From Escherichia coli (lineage in GTDB: Bacteria; Pseudomonadota; Gammaproteobacteria; Enterobacterales; Enterobacteriaceae): DNA of 64,000 nt. The notes under the pieces were generated by a model. That model ran no database searches. It saw only the letters and a program-made list of their open reading frames with translations, and was not told the DNA's origin. Both the position numbers and the translations under genes were made by a program. Positions within the stretch are counted from its first letter, which is position 1, and each line of letters opens with the position of its first letter. The DNA is taken from the NCBI RefSeq assembly GCF_048403405.1, contig NZ_CP183129.1; one strand, given 5' to 3'. This document shows positions 12,617-24,305 of this stretch, in pieces.

Positions 12617-13906
12617 ATGACGCGCCGTGCTATCGGGGTGAGTGAAAGACCGCCACTTTTACAGACAATCCCGCTTAGTTTGCAACATTTGTTCGCCATG
12701 TTTGGTGCAACCGTCCTGGTGCCCGTCTTATTTCATATTAACCCGGCGACTGTACTGTTATTTAACGGTATAGGAACGCTGCTGTATCTCTTCATCTGTA
12801 AAGGGAAAATCCCGGCTTATCTTGGTTCCAGCTTTGCCTTTATTTCACCGGTATTGTTACTGTTGCCGTTAGGGTATGAAGTCGCGCTGGGCGGCTTTAT
12901 TATGTGCGGCGTGCTGTTCTGCCTGGTTTCTTTTATCGTGAAGAAAGCGGGGACCGGCTGGCTGGACGTGCTGTTTCCACCTGCGGCAATGGGCGCAATC
13001 GTTGCCGTCATCGGTCTGGAGCTGGCGGGCGTAGCTGCCGGTATGGCAGGTTTACTCCCGGCTGAAGGGCAAACGCCAGACTCCAAAACCATCATCATCT
13101 CCATTACCACCCTGGCAGTCACGGTTTTAGGTTCCGTGCTGTTTCGTGGTTTCCTGGCAATTATCCCGATTTTAATTGGCGTGCTGGTGGGTTACGCGCT
13201 CTCTTTCGCAATGGGAATTGTCGATACCACGCCGATTATTAATGCTCACTGGTTTGCGCTGCCAACCCTCTATACGCCGCGCTTCGAGTGGTTTGCCATT
13301 CTGACTATTCTGCCAGCGGCGTTAGTGGTTATTGCCGAACACGTAGGGCACCTGGTGGTAACGGCTAATATCGTCAAAAAAGATCTGCTGCGCGATCCAG
13401 GTCTGCACCGTTCGATGTTTGCTAACGGCTTGTCGACCGTGATCTCCGGCTTCTTTGGCTCCACGCCAAACACCACCTACGGGGAAAACATTGGCGTGAT
13501 GGCGATCACCCGTGTTTACAGTACCTGGGTTATCGGCGGGGCGGCGATTTTCGCTATCCTGCTTTCCTGCGTCGGTAAACTGGCTGCTGCTATCCAGATG
13601 ATCCCATTGCCGGTGATGGGCGGCGTTTCGCTGCTGCTTTATGGTGTCATCGGTGCTTCCGGTATTCGTGTTTTGATCGAATCGAAAGTGGATTACAACA
13701 AAGCACAGAACCTGATCCTGACTTCCGTGATTTTGATCATCGGTGTCAGTGGCGCGAAGGTAAACATCGGCGCGGCGGAGCTGAAAGGTATGGCGCTGGC
13801 GACCATCGTCGGTATCGGCTTAAGTTTGATCTTCAAAATGATTAGTGTGCTGCGCCCTGAAGAAGTGGTGCTGGACGCAGAAGACGCGGATATAACAGAC
13901 AAATAA
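12617..13906 (+). CDS. uraA: uracil permease (NCS2 family)
   Basis: Track ORF 12575..13906 trimmed to the ATG at codon 15 ([20 protein letters not shown], 429 aa). Polytopic membrane protein. Confidence 0.95.
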   Translation: MTRRAIGVSERPPLLQTIPLSLQHLFAMFGATVLVPVLFHINPATVLLFNGIGTLLYLFICKGKIPAYLGSSFAFISPVLLLLPLGYEVALGGFIMCGVLFCLVSFIVKKAGTGWLDVLFPPAAMGAIVAVIGLELAGVAAGMAGLLPAEGQTPDSKTIIISITTLAVTVLGSVLFRGFLAIIPILIGVLVGYALSFAMGIVDTTPIINAHWFALPTLYTPRFEWFAILTILPAALVVIAEHVGHLVVTANIVKKDLLRDPGLHRSMFANGLSTVISGFFGSTPNTTYGENIGVMAITRVYSTWVIGGAAIFAILLSCVGKLAAAIQMIPLPVMGGVSLLLYGVIGASGIRVLIESKVDYNKAQNLILTSVILIIGVSGAKVNIGAAELKGMALATIVGIGLSLIFKMISVLRPEEVVLDAEDADITDK

Positions 13907-14000
13907 TGTACCGACCGGGCAGTGTTGCTGCCCGGTTCAAACATCATGGGATTCTGTGGTAAACTTCTCGCGATTTTGTGAAATCCTGGTTGAGGTATCT

Positions 14001-14702
14001 CTGAACACACCGGCACAGCTCTCTTTGCCACTTTATCTTCCTGACGACGAAACCTTTGCAAGTTTCTGGCCGGGGGATAACTCCTCTTTACTGGCCGCGC
14101 TGCAAAACGTGCTGCGTCAGGAACATAGCGGTTACATCTATCTCTGGGCACGCGAAGGCGCGGGGCGCAGCCATCTGCTGCACGCGGCTTGCGCGGAATT
14201 GTCGCAGCGTGGCGATGCGGTGGGCTATGTCCCGCTGGATAAACGCACCTGGTTTGTTCCGGAAGTGCTCGACGGTATGGAGCATTTGTCGCTGGTCTGT
14301 ATCGACAACATTGAGTGTATTGCAGGCGATGAGTTGTGGGAGATGGCGATTTTCGATCTCTACAATCGAATTCTGGAATCGGGCAAAACACGGTTGTTAA
14401 TCACCGGCGATCGTCCACCGCGGCAGTTGAATCTTGGATTACCGGATCTCGCGTCGCGTCTCGACTGGGGGCAGATCTACAAATTGCAGCCACTTTCTGA
14501 TGAAGATAAGTTGCAGGCGCTACAGTTACGCGCGCGTTTGCGTGGTTTTGAACTGCCGGAAGATGTGGGGCGTTTCTTGCTGAAGCGGCTCGACAGAGAA
14601 ATGCGCACGTTATTTATGACGTTGGATCAGTTGGATCGTGCGTCGATTACCGCGCAACGTAAGCTGACCATTCCGTTTGTGAAAGAAATTCTGAAACTGT
14701 AG
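14001..14702 (+). CDS. hda: DnaA-inactivating protein Hda (regulatory inactivation of DnaA)
   Basis: Track ORF 13956..14702 (GTG-initiated, 248 aa). Start placed at the in-frame CTG at 14001 (codon 16), which gives the 233-aa form; the longer GTG start is not excluded. Confidence 0.85.
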
Positions 14703-14740
14703 ACAAGACGTTTATTGTCGGAAATGCACCCATAGTATTC

Positions 14741-14780
14741 GTCGGCCGGATAAGACGCGGCAAGCGTCGCATCCGGCAAT
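14741..14780. repeat. REP (repetitive extragenic palindrome) element
   Basis: GCCGGATAAGACGCGGCAAGCGTCGCATCCGGC palindrome between the convergent hda and yfgD ends. Confidence 0.6.
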
Positions 14781-14807
14781 GTGCTTCAACTAGCGATGGA
14801 GCACTTC

Positions 14808-15167
14808 TTAACCCACGATTTCCAGTACCTGCTCCGGTGGACGACCAATCCGCGCTTTGCCATTCGCGACCACAATCGGGCGCTCCATTAGCTTTGGATT
14901 ATCCACCATTGCCTGAATCAGCGCCTCTTCGCTAAGCGAACTGTCAGCCAGGTTCAGTTCTTTATAAAGATCCTCTTTCTGGCGCATCAATTCACGAGCG
15001 CTATTCATCCCCAGCATTTTCAGCAAATCACGCAGCGTTGCCGCATCGGCGGGTGTCTCAAGGTAGAGCACCACTTCTGGCTCCACGCCGTTTTCTTTCA
15101 GCAGGTTTAGCGTTTCCCGGCTCTTTGAACAGCGTGGGTTATGGTAGATTTTTACCTGTTTGGTCAT
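14808..15167 (-). CDS. yfgD: ArsC-family protein YfgD (arsenate reductase-like)
   Basis: 119-aa track ORF (MTKQVKIYHNPRCSKSRETLNLL) with the ArsC/Spx fold CxxS motif. Synteny with bepA. Confidence 0.9.
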   Translation of the reverse strand: MTKQVKIYHNPRCSKSRETLNLLKENGVEPEVVLYLETPADAATLRDLLKMLGMNSARELMRQKEDLYKELNLADSSLSEEALIQAMVDNPKLMERPIVVANGKARIGRPPEQVLEIVG

Positions 15168-15187
15168 TGTTCTTCCTTTAATGCGAA

Positions 15188-16651
15188 TTACATCTTGGTA
15201 TAAGGCTTAAAGCGTTCCTGCAGTTGGCGCAACTGGTCGATGCGCGCATCGTAACGCGCTTGTTGCAGGCTGCCTAATTTCACCTGAGAACTGGCGCTAC
15301 TCAACAAGGAAATGGCCTGATCGAGTCGCCCGGCGAGCGCATAACCTTCTGCTCGCGCAGCCAGTTCCTGATCGCGGTTATTTAGCGCGGCCTCCGCCTG
15401 TGCCAGTAAATCCCAGCCATTGCTGTCATCTTTATTATTAAATGTGTAGCGATTCAGAATATTGGCCGCTTCTTGTGGTTGGCCGCCTTGCAGATAAGCG
15501 TTCGCCAGGTTGAGCTGCAACACCGGATTGGTGCGCAAATCACGGGCATTTTTCAGGCGATTGATAGCGTCATTGGCTTTGTTTTGCCCAAGATCGATAT
15601 CGGTAGCCAGATCGAGATACCATGCGTTGCCAGGTTCTGCCGCCAGTAACGGTTGCAGCGTTTTACGCGCCTCGTCGTATTTATTGGCTTCCATCGCCTG
15701 TAAAGCACGACCATATTGTGCTGCTCGTTCCTGACGAACGTTTCCTTTCGCCCATTCATCCAGCAAATCACTGGTGAGCTGGTTACGTCCGGAATTATAC
15801 ATCCCCAGTGTGCGCGCTTTCGCCAGATAGAAATCTTCCGACGACTGCACCACCATCGGGCGCATCTGATTAGCACGGTTGCGGGCATCTGCCAGACGAC
15901 TTTCCGGCAATGGGTGAGTCAATAAAATTTCCGGCGGACGCGAGGAGTAACGCGCCTGATCGAGCAATTTTTCGAGGAAGGTCGGCATCGCCTGCGGATC
16001 GAATCCCGAGCGTTGCAGCACCTGAATACCAATGCGGTCCGCTTCCTGTTCATTTTGCTGGGTGAAACTGATCATCCCCTGGCGCGTTCCCGCCAGTGTA
16101 CCGGTCAGCGCCGCCATCCCCGCCTGCGGACTGGCCATCGCCAGTAAAATAGAACCTAACGCGCCGACCCAGGTCAGCGGCGCGCTGCGTTGTTGATCTT
16201 CCATCGCTCGCGCCAGGTGACGTTGGGTGACGTGGGAGATTTCGTGCGCCATAACTGAAGCCAGTTGACTTTCGTTATCGGAATAACGGAACAGGGCAGA
16301 GTGCAGCACCACGTTGCCGCCAAAGAAAGCAAAGGCGTTAATTTCGTCGTTGTTGATCAGAAAAAAATGAAACGGTGTCTTAACCGAATTGGCATGCGAA
16401 ACCAGACGCATCCCCAGCGAATTAATATATTGCGTTAACAGCGGGTCATTAATTAACGGCGCGCTGCCGCGTAGCTGGCGGACATAATAGTCGCCCATCT
16501 GCATTTCCTGACCAATGGAAAGCGTGCTTCCTGCGGAGGTTCCCATATCCGGCAAGGTGTCTGCGCTGTCGGCAAACGCCGGGGCTACCTGACCAATGGT
16601 CATGGCAGCAATGAGGGTTGCAACCAGGTTTTTTTTCAACTGCCTGAACAT
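15188..16651 (-). CDS. bepA: periplasmic beta-barrel assembly-enhancing protease BepA (M48 metalloprotease plus TPR)
   Basis: 487-aa track ORF. Signal peptide and HEISH zinc motif ([16 protein letters not shown]). Confidence 0.93.
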   Translation of the reverse strand: MFRQLKKNLVATLIAAMTIGQVAPAFADSADTLPDMGTSAGSTLSIGQEMQMGDYYVRQLRGSAPLINDPLLTQYINSLGMRLVSHANSVKTPFHFFLINNDEINAFAFFGGNVVLHSALFRYSDNESQLASVMAHEISHVTQRHLARAMEDQQRSAPLTWVGALGSILLAMASPQAGMAALTGTLAGTRQGMISFTQQNEQEADRIGIQVLQRSGFDPQAMPTFLEKLLDQARYSSRPPEILLTHPLPESRLADARNRANQMRPMVVQSSEDFYLAKARTLGMYNSGRNQLTSDLLDEWAKGNVRQERAAQYGRALQAMEANKYDEARKTLQPLLAAEPGNAWYLDLATDIDLGQNKANDAINRLKNARDLRTNPVLQLNLANAYLQGGQPQEAANILNRYTFNNKDDSNGWDLLAQAEAALNNRDQELAARAEGYALAGRLDQAISLLSSASSQVKLGSLQQARYDARIDQLRQLQERFKPYTKM

Positions 16652-16863
16652 AACCTCTATCCTGTATTTCTGGAGATAGTCATTTGACCGATACTGTGAA
16701 ATATCGTTCCCACCGCGCCGCCTTTGAGTGTAACGGCGAAGATTAGCCCACTCAAATGACTTTTCAGTTTCCTGAATCCGTCATAAAAAGCGAAGTCTTT
16801 TTTGTGACATTTCGATACAATTGCGGATCGCAATCCCGCTCTTGAGGTTCAGGGAAGGTCTTT

Positions 16864-17925
16864 ATGCTCGAAATGTTGATGCAATGGTATCGCCGCCGTT
16901 TTAGCGACCCGGAAGCGATTGCCTTGCTGGTTATTTTAGTTGCCGGATTTGGCATTATCTTTTTCTTTAGTGGCCTGCTTGCTCCGTTGCTGGTGGCTAT
17001 TGTGCTGGCCTATTTGCTGGAATGGCCAACCGTGCGCCTGCAATCTATTGGCTGCTCCCGCCGCTGGGCGACGTCGATTGTATTGGTGGTTTTCGTCGGT
17101 ATATTGCTACTGATGGCGTTCGTGGTACTGCCTATCGCCTGGCAGCAGGGCATCTACTTAATCCGCGATATGCCGGGGATGCTCAATAAGCTTTCTGACT
17201 TTGCCGCCACGTTGCCGCGCCGCTATCCGGCGTTGATGGATGCGGGCATTATTGATGCAATGGCAGAAAATATGCGTAGTCGGATGCTGACCATGGGCGA
17301 TTCGGTGGTGAAAATTTCCCTCGCCTCGCTGGTCGGTTTGCTGACCATAGCCGTCTATCTGGTGCTGGTGCCATTGATGGTCTTCTTCCTGCTGAAAGAC
17401 AAAGAGCAGATGCTGAACGCCGTTCGTCGGGTGCTACCGCGTAACCGCGGACTGGCAGGACAGGTGTGGAAGGAGATGAATCAACAAATCACCAACTATA
17501 TCCGCGGCAAAGTGCTGGAGATGATCGTGGTGGGGATCGCCACCTGGCTGGGATTCTTACTCTTCGGGCTGAACTATTCGCTGCTGCTGGCTGTGCTGGT
17601 CGGTTTCTCGGTTCTTATTCCGTACATTGGCGCATTTGTGGTGACCATTCCGGTGGTTGGCGTGGCGCTATTCCAGTTTGGTGCTGGCACGGAATTCTGG
17701 AGCTGCTTCGCGGTGTATCTGATCATTCAGGCGCTGGACGGCAACCTGTTAGTACCTGTGTTGTTCTCCGAAGCGGTTAATCTGCATCCGCTGGTCATTA
17801 TTTTATCAGTAGTGATCTTCGGTGGTTTGTGGGGATTCTGGGGCGTATTCTTCGCCATTCCATTGGCGACGCTGATCAAAGCCGTGATTCACGCCTGGCC
17901 CGATGGGCAAATCGCGCAAGAATAA
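16864..17925 (+). CDS. perM: putative permease PerM (AI-2E transporter family)
   Basis: 353-aa polytopic membrane protein recognised as YfgO/PerM. Confidence 0.9.
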   Translation: MLEMLMQWYRRRFSDPEAIALLVILVAGFGIIFFFSGLLAPLLVAIVLAYLLEWPTVRLQSIGCSRRWATSIVLVVFVGILLLMAFVVLPIAWQQGIYLIRDMPGMLNKLSDFAATLPRRYPALMDAGIIDAMAENMRSRMLTMGDSVVKISLASLVGLLTIAVYLVLVPLMVFFLLKDKEQMLNAVRRVLPRNRGLAGQVWKEMNQQITNYIRGKVLEMIVVGIATWLGFLLFGLNYSLLLAVLVGFSVLIPYIGAFVVTIPVVGVALFQFGAGTEFWSCFAVYLIIQALDGNLLVPVLFSEAVNLHPLVIILSVVIFGGLWGFWGVFFAIPLATLIKAVIHAWPDGQIAQE

Positions 17926-17930
17926 TCTTC

Positions 17931-17963
17931 AGCCCGACGAACTGTTTCGCCGGGCTGATTTTT
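17931..17963. terminator. bidirectional terminator between perM and focB
   Basis: AGCCCG-n14-CGGGCT hairpin followed by GATTTTT. Overlaps the focB stop. Confidence 0.5.
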
Positions 17964-18810
17964 AGGGTTCCTGACGTAAATAAATAGCCCGATAACAAAT
18001 ACTCACCAGCACTGCACCGCCGATAATATTACCCAGCATCACCGGGAGCAGATTGGCGGTAATAAAATGGCTGACCGTCAGTACCGGAAAATTGTCTGCG
18101 CTACTGTGCGCCAGTTGCCAGAAGGAGGTAGGGGCGAAATGGCGAATGGCAATGGCGAACGGAATCACAAACAAATTGGCGATACAGTGCTCAAAACCAC
18201 TGGCGACAAACAGGGTGATGGGCAAAATCATGGCGACGATTTTGTCGCATAACGAACGTCCGCAATAACTCATCCATAGCGCCAGACAAACCATCAGATT
18301 GCACATAATGCCGAGGCTGACTGATTCAGTAAATGTATGATGCATTTTGCCCTCGGCGCAGTGTAAAACCGCGACTCCCCACATCGCGTTTTCACTCATC
18401 ACCAGCCCGGAAAACCAGATTAACAAACTGAAACAGGCAATACCTGCCAGATTACCGCAGGCCACCAGAAGTGCATTAATCAGCCATGTTCGCCAGCTAA
18501 TAACGCCCCGACTTTTTGCCATCACCGTCATTACCGACGAGGTGAACAGGCTGGTGCCGCAAACCGCTAGCAAAATAAAGCCGAGTGTAAAGCAAAAACC
18601 GCCCACCAGATGGGTTAATGCCTGTGAAGACGGGGCATCGGCGATAACGGTAAGGTAAAAAGTAAATCCGATCGCCATAAACACGCCTGCGGACATCGCC
18701 ATTAAAAAGACCGACACTTTGCTGCGGGCAATTTTATGGGCGGCAATCCGTTCAGCGATTGCCGCTTTTCTGGCGCTCAACTGCAAGTCGAAAGAGAGTT
18801 TGTTTCTCAT
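17962..18810 (-). CDS. focB: formate channel FocB (FNT family)
   Basis: 282-aa track ORF. Polytopic membrane protein. Position immediately downstream of hyfR. Confidence 0.9.
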   Translation of the reverse strand: MRNKLSFDLQLSARKAAIAERIAAHKIARSKVSVFLMAMSAGVFMAIGFTFYLTVIADAPSSQALTHLVGGFCFTLGFILLAVCGTSLFTSSVMTVMAKSRGVISWRTWLINALLVACGNLAGIACFSLLIWFSGLVMSENAMWGVAVLHCAEGKMHHTFTESVSLGIMCNLMVCLALWMSYCGRSLCDKIVAMILPITLFVASGFEHCIANLFVIPFAIAIRHFAPTSFWQLAHSSADNFPVLTVSHFITANLLPVMLGNIIGGAVLVSICYRAIYLRQEP

Positions 18811-18831
18811 GAATACTCCTGCAAAAGCAGA

Positions 18832-20844
18832 TTACAACACCTCGCGAACCGAGATCCCCAGACGCTGCATTCGTGACAGCAGCGTGGTGCGCTTCATCCC
18901 TAATCGTGTCGCCGCGCCACGGGGCCCGGCAACAATGCCATTGGTTTCTCGCAATACCTGAACAATGCGCTGACGTTCTTCTTCGTCATTCTCTGGCGTC
19001 ATCGGGTGCAGCAACTGCGCCATTGAACTGCGAAGCGCTGAATCTTCATTTAGCGTCGGCAGTAAACGGCTTTGTCGGACATTAAGATGTAAATTCAGAC
19101 TGTTACCACGAGTCAACAGTACCGCCCGCTCAATCACGTTTTCCAGCTCGCGCACGTTGCCCGGCCAGTCCCACGACATCAACTGGCGTAGTGCCTCGGT
19201 CGGGATGGCGTCAATTGCGCGATTCATATGGCGCGCCATTTTTTGCGTGAAATGCTTTGCTAAAAGAGGGATATCTTCCGGACGGTCGCGCAGTGGCGGC
19301 AGTTCCAGTGGGAAGACATTCAGGCGATAAAAGAGATCGCTGCGAAACTGGCGATCTTCAACCATTTGCCACAAATCACGGTTGGTGGCGGCAATGACTC
19401 TGACATTTACCGGGATCGTTCTACTCCCGCCGAGACGCTCAATCTCCCGTTCCTGCAATACGCGCAGCAGTTTAGGCTGAAGTTCTAACGGCAGATCGCC
19501 AATTTCATCGAGAAACAACGTGCCGCCATCGGCAATTTCAAAACGACCACGATGGGTATTAATCGCACCAGTAAATGCCCCTTTGTCATGACCGAATAAC
19601 TCACTTTCCAGAAGACTGGCGGGGATGGCAGCGCAGTTGATTTTGACCAGTGGCTTGTCGCGTCGTGGGCTAAGTTGATGGATCGCTCTGGCGATCACCT
19701 CTTTGCCGGTTCCGGTTTCACCACAAATCAACACCGTACTGTCGCTCTTCGCCACAATATCTACCTGCTGGAGCAAATCTTCCATTGCCTGGCTTTGATA
19801 GATAATGTCACCGACGCCCAGATTCGAAAGGAGCTGCTCGCTAAGCTGGTGGTTTTCTTGCTGCAAGCTTTCCTGCAAATCGGTCATGCTGCGCCAGGCA
19901 TCGGCATTGCCAACGGCAATAGCGATGCGATCGGCAATATGTTGTAGTAGCTGGCAGTTTTCCTCACTAAAGAGAGTGGAAGAGGTATGCGCCAGCAACA
20001 ATGCGCCCGGTGTATGGTTGCCAAAGGTGAGCGGTATAAGGAGCGCAGATTCGCAGCCGTTAGATGCAAGTAAGTGTAATAACGGGTCGCGTTGCCAGAG
20101 AAACAGATCGTCTGCACGGTGCGTCAAGGTCGGTTGTCGGGTTTGTAGCGTTTGTGTCAGCAATACACTTTCGCCAGGCATACAGCGTGGCAGACACGCA
20201 CAATGTGAGGCAGAAAGATCGCTGCACCACAGGCTGAACTTCTCGTTCTTTCGATGATCGCCCAGTACCATACTGACTGAAGCCAGACCGAAAAAATGAT
20301 GGATCTCACGAGCGACGTCTGCGATCAGATCGTCGAGATCAAGATGTGACAACACTGCATTAGTGATATCCACCAGTACCCGATGATGATCGCGATCTTT
20401 CTCCAGCAAACGCAGCGCCACCTGCTGTTCTTCATCATTGAGCCATGATTGCAGAACCGGAGTGATTATGTGTGCCAGCCAGTTAAACAGTGTGCAATCC
20501 TGGGGAGTAAAACGACTGCCGTGGGTGCGAATAAAGCGTAGCTCCGCCATTCCACTACTGCCGAGAAGGACGGCGTGGCGCGAATAATCGACCATCTCAC
20601 CCTGATACTCTGTTGTTGCCGTCACATCGCTGCCATCATCATGGTAGCGGTAATAGAAGTTGCTTTTGAGAACATGCAGTTCAATAAGTTGTACCGGGCT
20701 GAACGGCGGCGGCAGCGGGATGAAGGCGCGTAATAAAGACGCCTTGCCGTGTTTCTGCGCTAACCGCTCCGCGAGCATTCCGTTTACCGCTTCAATTGTT
20801 ATTCCTTGCGGCGGGGCAAACATCGCCTCGTCTGACATAGCCAT
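18832..20844 (-). CDS. hyfR: sigma54-dependent transcriptional activator HyfR (FhlA-like)
   Basis: Track ORF 18832..20847 trimmed to the second Met (670 aa). AAA+ sigma54-interaction motifs GETGTGKE and GAFTGA, C-terminal HTH. Confidence 0.93.
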   Translation of the reverse strand: MAMSDEAMFAPPQGITIEAVNGMLAERLAQKHGKASLLRAFIPLPPPFSPVQLIELHVLKSNFYYRYHDDGSDVTATTEYQGEMVDYSRHAVLLGSSGMAELRFIRTHGSRFTPQDCTLFNWLAHIITPVLQSWLNDEEQQVALRLLEKDRDHHRVLVDITNAVLSHLDLDDLIADVAREIHHFFGLASVSMVLGDHRKNEKFSLWCSDLSASHCACLPRCMPGESVLLTQTLQTRQPTLTHRADDLFLWQRDPLLHLLASNGCESALLIPLTFGNHTPGALLLAHTSSTLFSEENCQLLQHIADRIAIAVGNADAWRSMTDLQESLQQENHQLSEQLLSNLGVGDIIYQSQAMEDLLQQVDIVAKSDSTVLICGETGTGKEVIARAIHQLSPRRDKPLVKINCAAIPASLLESELFGHDKGAFTGAINTHRGRFEIADGGTLFLDEIGDLPLELQPKLLRVLQEREIERLGGSRTIPVNVRVIAATNRDLWQMVEDRQFRSDLFYRLNVFPLELPPLRDRPEDIPLLAKHFTQKMARHMNRAIDAIPTEALRQLMSWDWPGNVRELENVIERAVLLTRGNSLNLHLNVRQSRLLPTLNEDSALRSSMAQLLHPMTPENDEEERQRIVQVLRETNGIVAGPRGAATRLGMKRTTLLSRMQRLGISVREVL

Positions 20845-20873
20845 CAACAGTCCTTATTAATGAGAAATCCTTC

Positions 20874-21287
20874 TCACGCAATTTTTCTGGCCATCAGATA
20901 GATGGCCGGTTCCTGCACAATTTCATCCAACAGATGAATGAATTGAATGCTACGCGCCTGCCACGCCGACTTCGCGTCATCTGCCAGTGGCGCGAATGCC
21001 TGGGTCAACAGGGCGGTGTGGCTGGCGTCAATAACAATCTCACCAAAGGTCATCACCCCCAGCATCTTACGTCGGGCTTGCTCCTCTTCGACCTGTGCAA
21101 GCCAATCTTCGTATTCCGTCTGTGGGCAGCGGAAGGCGACATTCAAACAATCAATCACGCCAACGTGATGACCGATAGCCAACGAGTAATACATTACCTG
21201 GGAGCTGTGTTCCGGCATCTCGTCGCTACTGGCGATAAATTTTTTTCGCAGCGTCCAGAAAACAATTTCCCCGCACGCCTCAGCCAT
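20874..21287 (-). CDS. hyfJ: hydrogenase-4 maturation/accessory component HyfJ
   Basis: 137-aa track ORF. Position in the hyf operon. Confidence 0.9.
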   Translation of the reverse strand: MAEACGEIVFWTLRKKFIASSDEMPEHSSQVMYYSLAIGHHVGVIDCLNVAFRCPQTEYEDWLAQVEEEQARRKMLGVMTFGEIVIDASHTALLTQAFAPLADDAKSAWQARSIQFIHLLDEIVQEPAIYLMARKIA

Positions 21288-22038
21288 GTAACCCCCGGAG
21301 AACGCGAAAGAGTTGCTGAACGATACTATTGAGACGCGGATCGTCAGCTTCGCGCAACCAGGTGTTAACCCGATTTCCTGTAGGATCGTCGCTTAAATGG
21401 CGCAGGAGCCGATCGCAAATTTCTCGCCCCTGACGATAGCCCGCCAGCCGCCTCGCTTCTCGCTCAATGGCGATACGCTGTGATGGCGGGATTTGCGGCC
21501 ACAGCGGTTGCATGGTCACTCCGGTGGGATCGCGATAATCCACCGCGTGAATCTTCTGTTGCAGCAAACCGAGCGCCACGGCGAAACCGTGAATGGTGGC
21601 GGCCGGTGTTGGCGGGCAGCCGGGGATCCAAACATCAATGGGGACAATGGTGTCGCTGCCGCCCCAGACGCTGTAGAGATCGTGGAAAATACCGCCGCCG
21701 ACACCGCACGCGCCGTAGGAAACACAGATTTTATGATCGGGGGCAGACTCATACGCCCGAAGTGCAGGCATACGCATCGCCCGGGTGACTGCGCCAGTAA
21801 ATAACAAAATATCGGCGTGACGCGGTGATGAAACAACCTTAATGCCAAAACGTTCTGCGTCGAATACTGGTGTGATGGCGGCAAAAATTTCGATTTCGCA
21901 GGCGTTGCAGCCGCCGCAATCGACGCGATAAACGTAGGCCGAGCGACGGATATCCTGTAACAAATGCTGCTTCATCTTTTGCGTTTGCTCGTCCAGCGTG
22001 ATGGGCTGGCTGACATGTTGCGTAAGCACTGGACTCAT
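21280..22038 (-). CDS. hyfI: hydrogenase-4 small subunit HyfI (NuoB-like)
   Basis: 252-aa track ORF with Cys-containing NuoB-like segments ([16 protein letters not shown]). Confidence 0.93.
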   Translation of the reverse strand: MSPVLTQHVSQPITLDEQTQKMKQHLLQDIRRSAYVYRVDCGGCNACEIEIFAAITPVFDAERFGIKVVSSPRHADILLFTGAVTRAMRMPALRAYESAPDHKICVSYGACGVGGGIFHDLYSVWGGSDTIVPIDVWIPGCPPTPAATIHGFAVALGLLQQKIHAVDYRDPTGVTMQPLWPQIPPSQRIAIEREARRLAGYRQGREICDRLLRHLSDDPTGNRVNTWLREADDPRLNSIVQQLFRVLRGLHG

Positions 22039-22580
22039 AGCTGCTCCTTAGCCACCAGCGGTTCATCTGTGTCGTCGTTGATCAGCGTCGCGCGTTGTTT
22101 GCATTCCGGGCAGACGCTCGCTTGCGCCCGTAACATTTCGCGGTTTTGTGGCGCATTTTGTTGCTGTGCCAACAGTTCTGCAGCCAGTGCGACGGTTTTT
22201 TGCGGGGCAAACGGGCGTTCGCAACGGCTGCAACGTTGTAGATGGAACGTCGCGCGGGTATAGAGATCGGCTTTATTGGTGACGGTCAGTTCAAAGTTAT
22301 TGGTAAGCTGAATGGCTCTGGTCGGGCACACTTCTTCACAACGTCCGCAGTAAATACAACGCCCCAGATAGAGCTGCCAGGTGCGCGAATTTTGCTGGTC
22401 GTCGGTCTGGATAGTCAGCGCATTTGCCGGACAAGCACAGGCGCAGGCACCGCAGGCAATACATTGGCTGGGCATCAGGTCCGGTTTCCCGCGAAAGCCT
22501 GGGCTGACTTCCAGTGGTGCGAAGGGATATTTCACCGTCGCGGTTCCGGCGCGCATAATAGTTTTCAGTAACTTCAGCAT
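22035..22580 (-). CDS. hyfH: hydrogenase-4 4Fe-4S ferredoxin-type subunit HyfH
   Basis: 181-aa track ORF with two CxxCxxCxxxCP ferredoxin motifs. Confidence 0.93.
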   Translation of the reverse strand: MLKLLKTIMRAGTATVKYPFAPLEVSPGFRGKPDLMPSQCIACGACACACPANALTIQTDDQQNSRTWQLYLGRCIYCGRCEEVCPTRAIQLTNNFELTVTNKADLYTRATFHLQRCSRCERPFAPQKTVALAAELLAQQQNAPQNREMLRAQASVCPECKQRATLINDDTDEPLVAKEQL

Positions 22581-22589
22581 CTTCTGTCC

Positions 22590-24305
22590 TTACTTCAGCG
22601 GCGAACGGTTACGATCAATGCCGTAGCGTTCGATCTCTTTATACGGCACGGTTTTTGACTGGCGCTTGCGCACATCAACCAGCGTCACACGGTCGGTACA
22701 GGAGTAGCAGGGATCAAGGCTACCGATAATCAGCGGTGCGTCAGAAACGGTATTGCCGCGCAGCATGTAACGCAGCACTGGCCAGTTGGCGTAGGTGGCG
22801 GCACGACAGCGCCAGCGGAACAATTTTTGGTTATCACCGAGCATGCTCCAGTGCACGTCTTCACCGCGTGGCGCTTCAACAAAGCCCAGCGCGAATGCGT
22901 GAGGTTTATAGCTAAAGCCTTCGGTCAGCAGTGGGGTATCCGGCATGTTGTCGAGGGCAAATTCCAGCATTGCCAGCGAATCAAACGTCTCTTTGACACG
23001 GACCATCACGCGGGAGAAGACATCGCCGCCGGTAAAGGTAAACAGCGTTTTTGGAATATTGCCGTAGTCGGCGTAGGGGTGATCAAAGCGCAAATCACGG
23101 GCAAAGCCACTGCCGCGGATCAGCGGCCCTACGGGGCTATAATCACGGGCGATTTGTCGGTCGAGAATGCCAATGCCCTGAGTGCGTTGTTCCATATTTG
23201 GCGTGGCAAGCAGCATCTCTACCAGCTCCGACACGTCGGCGCGCATCTCACGCACCAGTTTCAGCGTTTGCAGACGTTGCTCTTTGAGAATATCGCGGCG
23301 AACACCACCAATCAGATTCAGACCGTAGGTTTTACGCGACCCGGTCAGCAGTTCCGCCATCGTCATCGACTTTTCCCGCACGCGGAAAAATTGCATAAAG
23401 CCGGTATCAAAACCAACAAAATGGCAGGAGAGGCCAAGGTTGAGCAAATGACTATGCAGCCGTTCGACTTCCAGCAGAATCGAGCGAATAGTATGCGCTC
23501 GTTGCGGCACCTCAATCCCCAGTGCATTTTCAACCGAGTTGGTATAGGCCACACTGTGGGCAAAACCGCAAATCCCACACACGCGGTCGGATAAGAAGGT
23601 CACTTCGTTGTAGCCCATCCGCGTTTCTGCCAGTTTCTCCATGCCGCGATGGACATAAAACAGGCGGTAATCAGCATCGACAATTTGCTCGCCATCCACA
23701 AACAAGCGGAAGTGACCTGGTTCATCGGAGGTGATATGCAGCGGGCCGACAGGGATCACCCGCGCGTCGCTGTTGCCCTCGTTGATAAACGGATACGTTT
23801 CGGTATCAGTCGTCGGTTCAGGGCGCAGTCGATAATCCATCGCATCTTTGCGCAGCGGATGCATATCTTCCGGCCAGTCATCGGGCAACACCAGGCGACG
23901 CTGATCCGGCAGGCCAACCGGAATCAGCCCGTACATATCGCGAATTTCTCGCTCGCCCCAGACCGCGGCAGGGACGCGCGGTGTGACTGACGGAAACTCC
24001 CGACTGTCGGCATCGACCAGTGCCTTCACCACGATCCAGCATTTTTCAGCCCCTTCCATTGAAAGGGCATAATAAACCGCGTAATGACCGTTAAGTGTCC
24101 GCTCGTCGTTGCCAAACAGGACCGGAAGCCAGCCATCATGTTGATAATAAAGATAATGTACAACGTCAGGCAGCAGATTGATTTTCACCGTAATGGTGAC
24201 CTGTTCAGGCGTTTGTCGCTCTTCATCCAGCACCGCGCCGGGGAACTGCGTTTTCAGGGCGGCGAGAATCGCTTCGCCACGATTTGACGATGAATTAACG
24301 TTCAC
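22590..24305 (-). CDS. hyfG: hydrogenase-4 catalytic large subunit HyfG (NiFe, HycE-like)
   Basis: Track ORF 22590..24350 with HycE-like sequence and a C-terminal DPCYSC NiFe ligand motif. Start set at the in-frame GTG at codon 16 ((M)[11 protein letters not shown]); the exact start is uncertain. Confidence 0.88.
   Translation of the reverse strand: MNVNSSSNRGEAILAALKTQFPGAVLDEERQTPEQVTITVKINLLPDVVHYLYYQHDGWLPVLFGNDERTLNGHYAVYYALSMEGAEKCWIVVKALVDADSREFPSVTPRVPAAVWGEREIRDMYGLIPVGLPDQRRLVLPDDWPEDMHPLRKDAMDYRLRPEPTTDTETYPFINEGNSDARVIPVGPLHITSDEPGHFRLFVDGEQIVDADYRLFYVHRGMEKLAETRMGYNEVTFLSDRVCGICGFAHSVAYTNSVENALGIEVPQRAHTIRSILLEVERLHSHLLNLGLSCHFVGFDTGFMQFFRVREKSMTMAELLTGSRKTYGLNLIGGVRRDILKEQRLQTLKLVREMRADVSELVEMLLATPNMEQRTQGIGILDRQIARDYSPVGPLIRGSGFARDLRFDHPYADYGNIPKTLFTFTGGDVFSRVMVRVKETFDSLAMLEFALDNMPDTPLLTEGFSYKPHAFALGFVEAPRGEDVHWSMLGDNQKLFRWRCRAATYANWPVLRYMLRGNTVSDAPLIIGSLDPCYSCTDRVTLVDVRKRQSKTVPYKEIERYGIDRNRSPLK

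Noticed and set aside
11794-12699. 301-aa ORF on the minus strand spanning upp and the uraA 5' end
   Set aside because: Lies entirely antisense to two well-recognised genes. Low-complexity translation with no recognisable domain. A typical shadow ORF.
21480-21884. Arg/Cys-rich overlapping ORFs (102, 103 and 122 aa) on both strands
   Set aside because: All lie inside hyfI. The highly biased composition is an artefact of reading GC-rich coding sequence out of frame.
22827-23594. 255-aa plus-strand ORF
   Set aside because: Antisense to hyfG (NiFe hydrogenase large subunit). A shadow ORF in GC-rich coding DNA.
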